DNA of 64,000 bases, taken from NCBI GenBank assembly GCA_002708385.1, contig PANM01000013.1, positions 1,411 to 65,410 on the forward strand, written 5' to 3'. This document shows positions 38,270 through 46,364 of this stretch, piece after piece (the stretch's first letter is position 1; each line of letters opens with the position of its first letter). The translations under genes and the position numbers were made by a program. The notes below the pieces were generated by a model. That model did no database searches, was not told the origin of the DNA, and worked only from the letters and a program-made list of their open reading frames with translations. Origin of the DNA: Methanobacteriota archaeon. GTDB lineage: Archaea; Thermoplasmatota; Poseidoniia; Poseidoniales; Thalassarchaeaceae.

Positions 38270-39433
38270 ATGAGACTGGGTATATTGAAGGAACCAGAAG
38301 ATGAAACTAGGGTTGCAATCGTACCGAATTCGATTCCGAAATTGAAGAAATTAGGTTTTGAGATCCTAATCGAATCTGGAGCCGGCGTTTCAGCCCACCA
38401 TTTGGATGCCGAGTACGAGTCAAAGGGAGCCTCTATCGTCGGTCGCGATGATGCAATGGCATGCGAGATGTTGATTTGCATCGGAGCACCTGATTTCTCC
38501 GCTCTTTCGGAAGGTCAGATAGTCGCATGTGTGTCCGATCCATTCCGTCATCCTGAGCGGGTCAAGAAAGCCATGGATGCCAAGGTCATTCTGATGAGTA
38601 TGGACATGATTCCTCGCCGCCTTTCTCGTGCTCAAGCGATGGATGTGAACTCCAGCCAAGACAACTTAGCCGGTTACAAAGCCGTATTGATGGGCGCTGC
38701 ACATGTTCCCAAGGGCATTCCCATGATGACCACCTCAGCTGGTACCGTTCGTCCAGCCAAGTTCGTGATTATGGGTAGTGGTGTGGCGGGTTTGCAAGCC
38801 ATAGCCACAGCCAAGCGCTTGGGTGCGATTGTCTATGCTTCAGATGTTCGAAAGTCAACTGCCGAGCAGATTGAATCCGTTGGTGGCCGATTTATTGAGG
38901 TCGAAGGAATGGATGATTTCGAAGATGAGTCTGGATATGCCAAACCCCTCACGCCAGAGTTTATTCAGAAGGTAAACGATACAGTTTGCGAAGTTGCTGC
39001 AGATGCCGATGTTATCGTCACAACAGCGCGAATCTTCGGACGCCCGGCTCCGATCACGGTCCCTGCTTCAGCCGTTGCCAATTTCAAACCAGGATCTGTC
39101 GTTGTCGATATGAATGCGGATGTTGGGGGCAATTGTGAATTGACTTCAGCTGGTGAAATCATCACTACTGAAAGTGGAGTGACCATCGTCGGCACCACCA
39201 ATCTTCCTGGGCAATTAGCATCGACCGCAAGTATGTTGTATTCCAATAATTTGACAACTTTTGTCGGGTCTCTTGTCAAGGACGGAGAAATTGTAATTGA
39301 TACAGAAGATGATATCTTGTTTGGGGCCCCTGAAGGAAGTGATTTCTATGTCCCGGGTATGGGAGGTGTGCTGGTTTGCATGGGTGGAGAAATTCATGCT
39401 AAGCAAACCCGATTGTCGGAGGTGGTTGGATGA
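38270..39433 (+). CDS. pntAA: NAD(P) transhydrogenase subunit alpha, part 1 (dI domain)
   Basis: MRLGILKEPEDETRVAIVP.., Rossmann motif VIMGSGVAGLQAIATAKRLGA. ATGA overlap with the next gene. Confidence 0.88.
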   Translation: MRLGILKEPEDETRVAIVPNSIPKLKKLGFEILIESGAGVSAHHLDAEYESKGASIVGRDDAMACEMLICIGAPDFSALSEGQIVACVSDPFRHPERVKKAMDAKVILMSMDMIPRRLSRAQAMDVNSSQDNLAGYKAVLMGAAHVPKGIPMMTTSAGTVRPAKFVIMGSGVAGLQAIATAKRLGAIVYASDVRKSTAEQIESVGGRFIEVEGMDDFEDESGYAKPLTPEFIQKVNDTVCEVAADADVIVTTARIFGRPAPITVPASAVANFKPGSVVVDMNADVGGNCELTSAGEIITTESGVTIVGTTNLPGQLASTASMLYSNNLTTFVGSLVKDGEIVIDTEDDILFGAPEGSDFYVPGMGGVLVCMGGEIHAKQTRLSEVVG

Positions 39434-39753
39434 GTTTGACCCTTGCGGCATTGATTGGGAGCATTACGGTTTTTGTTTTGGCTATTTTCCTCGGATTTGA
39501 ATTGATTAGCAAGGTGCCTCCGACTCTACACACCCCGTTGATGTCCGGAGCAAATGCGATTTCTGGGATAACCATTGTCGGTGCTCTGATTCTGTTGAAT
39601 AATAACAGTTGGAACGAAGGTGACCCTGGTACTGCCGCTTGGTTGGCTTTCGCAGCTCTGGTTATGGCAACCATCAACGTCGTCGGCGGATTCATGGTTA
39701 CCAACAGGATGTTGGAGATGATTGCTGGAAAGAAAAAGAGAGGCGGTGACTGA
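39430..39753 (+). CDS. pntAB: NAD(P) transhydrogenase subunit alpha, part 2 (membrane)
   Basis: ~100-aa three-helix membrane protein (HTPLMSGANAISGI) between pntAA and pntB. Confidence 0.85.
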   Translation: MSLTLAALIGSITVFVLAIFLGFELISKVPPTLHTPLMSGANAISGITIVGALILLNNNSWNEGDPGTAAWLAFAALVMATINVVGGFMVTNRMLEMIAGKKKRGGD

Positions 39754-39754
39754 A

Positions 39755-41200
39755 ATGGTCGATTCTGTTGTATGGGATATAGGCTATTTGGTGTCTGCTG
39801 CGCTCTTTATACTTGGGATTAAACGATTGTCTAGCCCGCGTACCGCGCCACAAGGTAACCGCTTGGGTGCATACGGAATGATGCTTGCCGTGTTGGTTAC
39901 AATGGCCAAATTGTATTTCGATGGCTTGATTGGTTTAGAACTGATTGCCGCCGGTCTCATCATTGGAACCATCATTGGAGCGTGGCTCGCCATTCGTGTC
40001 GAAATGACTGGGATGCCCGAACTGGTTGCCTTGTTCAATGGATTTGGCGGTGGCGCCTCGGCTCTCGTTGGTTTTTCCGAAGTACTGGATCGCCTGGACA
40101 AAGGCAATGTTCCAGATGCAGGTGTTGAGTTATATGCAACTTGGATTGCCATCGGTCTTTCCGGACTCGTCGGTTGGCTCACTTTGACTGGTAGCCTCAT
40201 GGCCATGGGCAAGTTGATGGGTGGATTCTACATTCCCTTCACCAAGAAGGATGATCGTGGTCGCAGAAAGTGGGTCAGTTTCCCTACTTGGGGTCCACCT
40301 TGGTTGAATTTTGTCAAAGGAATTCTACTCATTACATCTTTGGTATTGATAGCCCTAACAATCGATAACCCTTCTGAAAAGGAATACGTGTATTACTTGG
40401 TCGGCGCATCATCACTGCTTGGAGTTCTATTTGTTTTACCCATTGGTGGTGCAGATATGCCCGTCGTGGTCAGTCTTCTCAACTCAATGTCTGGAATCGC
40501 CGCGGCCTTCACAGGATTCGTCATTGGCAATAATGTCTTGATTATCGCCGGTTCGATGGTAGGTGCGGCCGGTCTAATTTTGACTTTTATAATGTGCAAG
40601 GCGATGAACCGTACACTCTCTGCGGTTCTGTTCAAATCTTTTGGTGGCGGCGGCAAAGAAACCGTCACGCGAACCAAGGTGGGTAGCGATCCTGAAGAAG
40701 TCGCTATGGTCTGTGATGGCATCAGTAAGTGTGTCATTATCCCCGGTTATGGTATGGCCGTTAGTCAAGCGCAACACGCAGTGAAGGAATTCGCAGATTT
40801 GCTTGAAGCAGAAGGGGTCGAGGTTAGTTATGGAATTCACCCGGTAGCGGGTCGAATGCCGGGTCACATGAACGTCCTTCTAGCTGAAGCCAACGTCCCC
40901 TACGAGCAACTCATTGAGATGGACGAAATCAACTCTGAACTACCGGAATGTGACGTAGCTCTCGTGATTGGTGCTAATGACACGGTCAACCCCGTTGCGC
41001 GAAGTGGTGAAGGTCCACTTGGTGGCATGCCAATCATCGATGCAGACAAGGCTCGAGTGGTGGTCATCATCAAACGTAGCTTATCCGTAGGATATGCAGG
41101 AGTGGACAATGACTTGTTCTTTGAAGACAAGACCATGATGCTCTTTGGTGATGGAAAGAAGATGATGAATGAACTCAACGCGGCGGTAAAAGAATTGTAG
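39755..41200 (+). CDS. pntB: NAD(P) transhydrogenase subunit beta
   Basis: Polytopic N-terminal part plus the dIII domain (IIPGYGMAVSQAQH, HPVAGRMPGHMNVLLAEANVPY, GANDTVNP). Confidence 0.9.
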   Translation: MVDSVVWDIGYLVSAALFILGIKRLSSPRTAPQGNRLGAYGMMLAVLVTMAKLYFDGLIGLELIAAGLIIGTIIGAWLAIRVEMTGMPELVALFNGFGGGASALVGFSEVLDRLDKGNVPDAGVELYATWIAIGLSGLVGWLTLTGSLMAMGKLMGGFYIPFTKKDDRGRRKWVSFPTWGPPWLNFVKGILLITSLVLIALTIDNPSEKEYVYYLVGASSLLGVLFVLPIGGADMPVVVSLLNSMSGIAAAFTGFVIGNNVLIIAGSMVGAAGLILTFIMCKAMNRTLSAVLFKSFGGGGKETVTRTKVGSDPEEVAMVCDGISKCVIIPGYGMAVSQAQHAVKEFADLLEAEGVEVSYGIHPVAGRMPGHMNVLLAEANVPYEQLIEMDEINSELPECDVALVIGANDTVNPVARSGEGPLGGMPIIDADKARVVVIIKRSLSVGYAGVDNDLFFEDKTMMLFGDGKKMMNELNAAVKEL

Positions 41201-41207
41201 TAAGCAA

Positions 41208-41226
41208 CGCCTCCCAAGGGGAGGCG
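41208..41226 (+). terminator. GC-rich hairpin CGCCTCCC-AAG-GGGAGGCG, 8 nt after the pntB stop
   Basis: 8-bp perfect stem read from the sequence. No following T-run, so its role as a terminator is uncertain. Confidence 0.35.
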
Positions 41227-41242
41227 AACAAGCAATGGTTAT

Positions 41243-42271
41243 GTGTTTGAATCGGTCGCAATTAAGCAAGAGGTGGCGCTAGTGGGTCGGTCTACGAGGT
41301 TCATCATCGCGATTTTTGTAGTTGGGCTACTAGCAATCCCCGCATTTGCAAATAGCGGAGGACCACCATACCTGAACTCCGATAATCAAGAGACGGCAAA
41401 ATACGGTTGTACTTGTCACTATTCTAGCCCTGGGGATAGAGCTGTAGTCATGATATCCGGAGTTCCGGTTATGTACGAATTAGGTCAATCATATGATTTT
41501 GTTATCACGGTTGCAGATTCTGCCACACTAGCTGGCGCTGATGGTAATACGAAAGCAGGTTTCCTCATGACAGATAATGGGGCTGGAATGTTTTCTTGGG
41601 ATGATTCTCAGGACATTAGAGAAGCAGATGGAGATCCTAATGCGATTTCCCACTCCGCAACTGGTGAAGGCGTATGGGCAATTAGTTGGATGGCGCCATC
41701 TGATGATTCTGGAACAATCCTCTTTAGCATAGCAGGGAATTCCGTTAATGGTGATGGAGCCCCAAATGAATACGATTACTGGAACATCCTAACTTTTTCA
41801 ATAAATGCTCCCGGGTCTGTTACCGAAGGAGATAGTGAGGCCACCCTGCAAACTAGGACTATTGCAGTAGGTGATTATCAAACATTATTTGTAATTGAAG
41901 AAAGCGAATCGGAGAAAGAAAAAGAAAGACAACGGGATCTTTCAGATGCAGTTTTTGAAAGTGGAAATTTATTCTATTGGACTTCCTTAACTGCCCTAAT
42001 CGTAGGGGCAGTCTTACAACGGGAAATTTTGGAAAGACGTCATAATACTGGTCCCGAATACTTAGCCATGGAATTAGCATATCCTCAAGGAATTAGGCGT
42101 GGATTTATTTCTCTAGTGGCCTTCTTCCTTGCAATAACTTGGACTGCAGATGGGGGGCAACATGATTTCATAATCGGATGTACCTGGTTCATCGGATTTT
42201 GGGCTATGTACGGAGTTTACAGAACCGTACGTTCCGCAAAAACTGAACCGACCGTCCATGACGTGATGTAA
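41243..42271 (+). CDS. Secreted Reeler/DOMON-like beta-sandwich domain fused to C-terminal TM helices (hypothetical)
   Basis: Signal-like N-terminus. Pattern GFLM...ISHS...WAISWMAPSDDSGTILFSIAGNSVNGDG recalls Reeler-type domains. 2-3 C-terminal helices. Confidence 0.45.
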   Translation: MFESVAIKQEVALVGRSTRFIIAIFVVGLLAIPAFANSGGPPYLNSDNQETAKYGCTCHYSSPGDRAVVMISGVPVMYELGQSYDFVITVADSATLAGADGNTKAGFLMTDNGAGMFSWDDSQDIREADGDPNAISHSATGEGVWAISWMAPSDDSGTILFSIAGNSVNGDGAPNEYDYWNILTFSINAPGSVTEGDSEATLQTRTIAVGDYQTLFVIEESESEKEKERQRDLSDAVFESGNLFYWTSLTALIVGAVLQREILERRHNTGPEYLAMELAYPQGIRRGFISLVAFFLAITWTADGGQHDFIIGCTWFIGFWAMYGVYRTVRSAKTEPTVHDVM

Positions 42272-42272
42272 A

Positions 42273-43388
42273 ATGGACCAATCTAATTTTGTAAATAATG
42301 AATCATTGGTTCCTAAACACTTTTCTGAACTTCATACAGTTTTTCGTAGAACATCATTTGTATTCTTACTTTCAACACTAATTTCGACTATTTGGCTTGA
42401 AAATTTGATTTTTGACTGGGTATTATCTCAATCAACCTCTAGTAAAATCTCAGTCTACGGTCCATATGACTGGATCGAAATGAGATTACTATCAATTATC
42501 ATATTATCATCTCTTATCACTCTGCCTTTTTTCTCAATCTATTTCCGGTCTTTCGCCATTCCGGGACTGCTTCCAAAAGAAAGGCTTTGGCTAGATTTTT
42601 ACCTGTTTCTTAATGCTGTTTTACTTCCAATTATTTTGTATTTGGTATGGTTCATATTGATTCCAAATTATACCGAAACCAGTTTACAATTGGATTCTAT
42701 ATCTGGAGTAAATCCACGATATGATGCCTCAGAAATTTTTTCTTTGGCATCCGGAATTTCATGGGTCTTGATATTAACATTCAGCTCAACTTTATTCCTT
42801 TCTATATCTCGATTATTTGGACTAGTTGAAGAAGGTAGGAGCCGTTTTAGAAATAGAATTTTAGCTATTACAGGTGGATTGTTAATTTTGACTTTACCCG
42901 AACCTTTTGAAGGTCTAAGAATATTGATTGCGATAGTGGTTGTTGCCGTAGTTGAATATATTTCTCGCACCGTTCCCAATGGTCCATTGGGGCTCCGAAA
43001 TCCTATTTTTCCAGAGTCGATTAACAAAGATGGCCACAGAAAAAAAGTTCTTTTGATGAATTGTTCTTGTGAAGGTGCTTGCCCATCCTTTGACAAATCC
43101 TGGATTAACCAAAATATTTCTATTTTGGAAGCTAACGCCTTATGTTTGAATGACACAGAGCAACTCGCACTACGGGACTTGATTTCTCGTAATTCAATAA
43201 ATCAATTGACTATCGCTGGCTGTAATGGTTCACCATTGCCCTTGGATTTGAGAAATTTTCTTTCCACTCATAAAACTTTTTTAGATGGACTGAATTGGTT
43301 AGATCAACAGAATGTAGATGACATAAATTGGAGAAAAACTTCCCTACAAGCATATTCCTCCCAATTCAATCAGGTAGAATCGGAATAA
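42273..43388 (+). CDS. tatC: TatC-like polytopic membrane protein fused to a Cys-rich cytoplasmic C-terminal domain
   Basis: HFSELHTVFRR.. start and FAIPGLLPKER motif (TatC PGLxxxE). About 6 helices, then about 120 extra aa (NCSCEGACPSF...AGCNGS). Confidence 0.5.
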   Translation: MDQSNFVNNESLVPKHFSELHTVFRRTSFVFLLSTLISTIWLENLIFDWVLSQSTSSKISVYGPYDWIEMRLLSIIILSSLITLPFFSIYFRSFAIPGLLPKERLWLDFYLFLNAVLLPIILYLVWFILIPNYTETSLQLDSISGVNPRYDASEIFSLASGISWVLILTFSSTLFLSISRLFGLVEEGRSRFRNRILAITGGLLILTLPEPFEGLRILIAIVVVAVVEYISRTVPNGPLGLRNPIFPESINKDGHRKKVLLMNCSCEGACPSFDKSWINQNISILEANALCLNDTEQLALRDLISRNSINQLTIAGCNGSPLPLDLRNFLSTHKTFLDGLNWLDQQNVDDINWRKTSLQAYSSQFNQVESE

Positions 43389-43458
43389 CTGAAAATAAGA
43401 CTCGATCATAGTGCAATTATCCGTTTCCTTCAAAGTAGCGGTGTAACTCGGTTTCAAT

Positions 43459-45465
43459 ATGAGGGTACTCCAGTCTACGTTAGCCGGATTACTCCTGCTA
43501 AGTGCCCTCTTTGTCAACCTCAATTCCGAAATGGTAGACAATTGGGCTGAAAACAGGTCTGAATCAGAAGATTCGAAACTTACTCTTTTAGGCGTTCAAA
43601 ATGAAGAAAATTGGTTGGTGCTGCAAGTAGAATTCCCCGACAATTCTTTCCCTCAATCTATAGCAGCTGATTCATTAATAGGTGACAATTCAGCAGAAGA
43701 TTACATCCAGCAAATGACTGCCGGTCAATCAACTCTCTCTGTTACACTTTTCGATGAAGTTTGGCAATCTCCCTACGATGTAAAGAAATGGGGTGAAGAT
43801 GTTGGTAGTGAGCGAGATTATGGTGCAGACGGCAATGGGGCTGAAAATCTCCTGTCCACAGTTGCTACCGAACAATTGCAGGGATACGATTTATCTGACT
43901 GGGACTTAAACAACGATGGAGTAATTGACCGAATACTGATTCTTCATTCAGCCCAACCTCAGGAAATTAACGGTGGTACTGATTCTCTATGGAGTCATTT
44001 TACAGCCATGCAAGAACCTCTAAAAATTGGTCAATGGACTATCGAACATTTCACCATAGCATCAGCCTATTCCGGAGTAGGGACGATTGTTCATGAAATG
44101 CTTCACCAAATGGGTGCTTACGACTTATATGATGTACACAGCGATATTCCAACCAGTAATTGGAACGGCATTGGAGACTGGGGAATAATGGCGAGCGGAA
44201 ATTGGAATGGCAACGGTGCAGTCCCTTCCCTTCCATCATCTTCAACTCTCGACCTGATAGGTGTTAATAGAGGAGTTCTCGTTACTCCGCTAGTTTCTGA
44301 TTATTCAATAACAGGGATTTCTGAGGGAGGCTCATACCTAGAAATAGCCATTGCACCGGATGAATGGGTGCGTTTTACCTTACGTGTCGATTCAGGATTT
44401 GATTCATCCCTCCCGGGTCACGGCGTAATTGTTGAAATCCAAGATAAAAACAATGGAGATCCTAATCGAAATCTTGTGAATACTGACCCTGATAAGGCGT
44501 GGTTAAAAATTATTGAAGCCGACGGAAATGCAGCCCTGGAAAGAGGAAGGAATAGCGGAGAATCTACTGACACTTTCTCCGAGGGTGATCAGTTGGGGGC
44601 AAATGGGATGCAAATACGCGATAGTCGTGGTCGGCTAGTCCAATGGACCGCCACAATTACAACTCTAGATCTCAATGAGTCTGTAATTACTTTCACTTTC
44701 CCAGAAAATCCCTCTACAGTTGAAGTTCTACCTCCAAGGGGTCCGATTGAAATTCTTGGTCAAGAATCTATTTTCGCTACCGTAATCTCAGAAAAAGCTT
44801 GTCAGTTAATAATTGATATTTCAACCACAACTAATTCAGCTGGGCCCTCTCCCAGAGTCATTTCAATAGAGCAAGGAGATTCAATCATAGAACTCGCAAC
44901 TGCTAATCAAATTAGTCAAGGGTCAGGCTATCTCAGGGGTTCAGTCGGCTGTGAGGGTGAGGAACCTTGGCTCATTGATCTCGATTGGTTTTCTGTTGGA
45001 CATAGAATTATCTCTGAGCACCTTTCAGCAATTATTCCATGGGATCAGGATTCACAACTTACCCTTGCAACCAAATGCACTGGAGAAGGATCTAGAACCT
45101 ATTCTATAGCCGTTGAAGGTGCCCTTTCAAGAATTGCTATAGCAGAAAATGGGGGTGAGTTAGAAGCCTGCCCAACTGCGGTTTTAGGAATTTCTCCAGA
45201 TGGCTTATTGACTCCTGGAATGATTGCTGAAGGCGAAATCGTCTTCGTCGATCCATTTGGCTTAGAGACAAGAGTCCCAGTAACTCTTACCGCCCAATCT
45301 TCCTTCAACGGGGATAGTCCACTTGCTTGGTTAGTCCAACCAAGTAACGCAATATCGGTTATTTTCGTTTTATTAGCGATATCATTGATTTCTGGTTCTA
45401 ACTCCAAACCTAATAGTCGAAATGTTTCAACAGAGGAAGAAGATAATGCCTCTCAATTAGATTGA
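43459..45465 (+). CDS. Secreted, C-terminally anchored zinc metalloprotease (M6/InhA-like)
   Basis: Signal peptide. HEMLHQMGAYDLYD (HExxH followed by DLYD, as in M6 peptidases). C-terminal TM helix. Confidence 0.65.
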   Translation: MRVLQSTLAGLLLLSALFVNLNSEMVDNWAENRSESEDSKLTLLGVQNEENWLVLQVEFPDNSFPQSIAADSLIGDNSAEDYIQQMTAGQSTLSVTLFDEVWQSPYDVKKWGEDVGSERDYGADGNGAENLLSTVATEQLQGYDLSDWDLNNDGVIDRILILHSAQPQEINGGTDSLWSHFTAMQEPLKIGQWTIEHFTIASAYSGVGTIVHEMLHQMGAYDLYDVHSDIPTSNWNGIGDWGIMASGNWNGNGAVPSLPSSSTLDLIGVNRGVLVTPLVSDYSITGISEGGSYLEIAIAPDEWVRFTLRVDSGFDSSLPGHGVIVEIQDKNNGDPNRNLVNTDPDKAWLKIIEADGNAALERGRNSGESTDTFSEGDQLGANGMQIRDSRGRLVQWTATITTLDLNESVITFTFPENPSTVEVLPPRGPIEILGQESIFATVISEKACQLIIDISTTTNSAGPSPRVISIEQGDSIIELATANQISQGSGYLRGSVGCEGEEPWLIDLDWFSVGHRIISEHLSAIIPWDQDSQLTLATKCTGEGSRTYSIAVEGALSRIAIAENGGELEACPTAVLGISPDGLLTPGMIAEGEIVFVDPFGLETRVPVTLTAQSSFNGDSPLAWLVQPSNAISVIFVLLAISLISGSNSKPNSRNVSTEEEDNASQLD

Positions 45466-45512
45466 TTTCACTTTCACTAATCAGCAAATAATACCTCAGT
45501 CTCTTTAGTTCG

Positions 45513-46364
45513 TTGATAGGTTGTTTATTCAGACATTTATTCATGGTTGAATATACAGGCGTATCTTGGGGTGATCGTTCGATAGACCTCTCGTTTCCTA
45601 AGCCAAGGTTATCGTCCGTTCTTCTTATTGATCAGAATACTCAGGATTTTCAGAGTGTATTGTTGAGAATGGTTGCAAATGAATTAGAATCATCTAGGCC
45701 AGTACACTGGATAGATGGAGGTGTGTCATTAGATCCATCTCGACTCCTTCCTCTGTTAAGAATGCGTAATTGCGACACTCTAACTCCTCTGAGGAATTTT
45801 CACATATCTCGAGGATTTACAGCATATCAAACAGTATCTATCGTAAAGAAATTGGCTAATGAGGCCAAATTAATCCCTCCTCCTGATCGAATAATTAACG
45901 GTCGTTTAATTATTATTTCAGAAGTATCAAGGATGTTCATGGACTCACAACTTAAGAAACCAGAAGGTCGCTCTTTGTTAACGGAAACACTTGAGCGTTG
46001 CAGAACCTTGAGTAAAGATTCCGAGTCCTTAGTGATAATCACTTCAAGTCGTAATTCATCGCCACCTCTTAGTAAGGACATGCGTCATATTTTGAGTCGA
46101 TATTCAGATGACACTCTGAGAATCAAAAGTCTTTTTTCTAAAAACCGTGATAGAAGTTCCGCCAGAAAAAAGCTGCATTTACTTTCCATTGATAAGGAGC
46201 TTATTTGGGCAAATTTACCAGTGGGTCAAACTTCACTCCTAGAGTTCCGTCACAACCAAGAATCTAGGCTAGATTGCCTCATCGAACCGTTAGCCAGAAG
46301 CTCTTCGCTCCAACCAAATGGAGAAAGGATAGCTGTCGCTGCTCGAACTGCCAATCGTGTGTAG
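45513..46364 (+). CDS. RadB/RecA-fold paralog lacking the Walker A motif (predicted inactive ATPase)
   Basis: Colinear with RadB blocks (VHWIDGGVSLDPSRL ~ VAYVDTEGGFSPERL; RLIIISEVS ~ ALVVVDSIT), but the P-loop position reads LLIDQNTQDF. Confidence 0.5.
   Translation: MIGCLFRHLFMVEYTGVSWGDRSIDLSFPKPRLSSVLLIDQNTQDFQSVLLRMVANELESSRPVHWIDGGVSLDPSRLLPLLRMRNCDTLTPLRNFHISRGFTAYQTVSIVKKLANEAKLIPPPDRIINGRLIIISEVSRMFMDSQLKKPEGRSLLTETLERCRTLSKDSESLVIITSSRNSSPPLSKDMRHILSRYSDDTLRIKSLFSKNRDRSSARKKLHLLSIDKELIWANLPVGQTSLLEFRHNQESRLDCLIEPLARSSSLQPNGERIAVAARTANRV

Noticed and set aside
41380-41430. GCTCH in the 41243 ORF as a c-type haem-binding site (tempting given the CcmE gene in this window)
   Set aside because: The motif is CxCH, not CxxCH or a known variant, so there is no support for covalent haem attachment.
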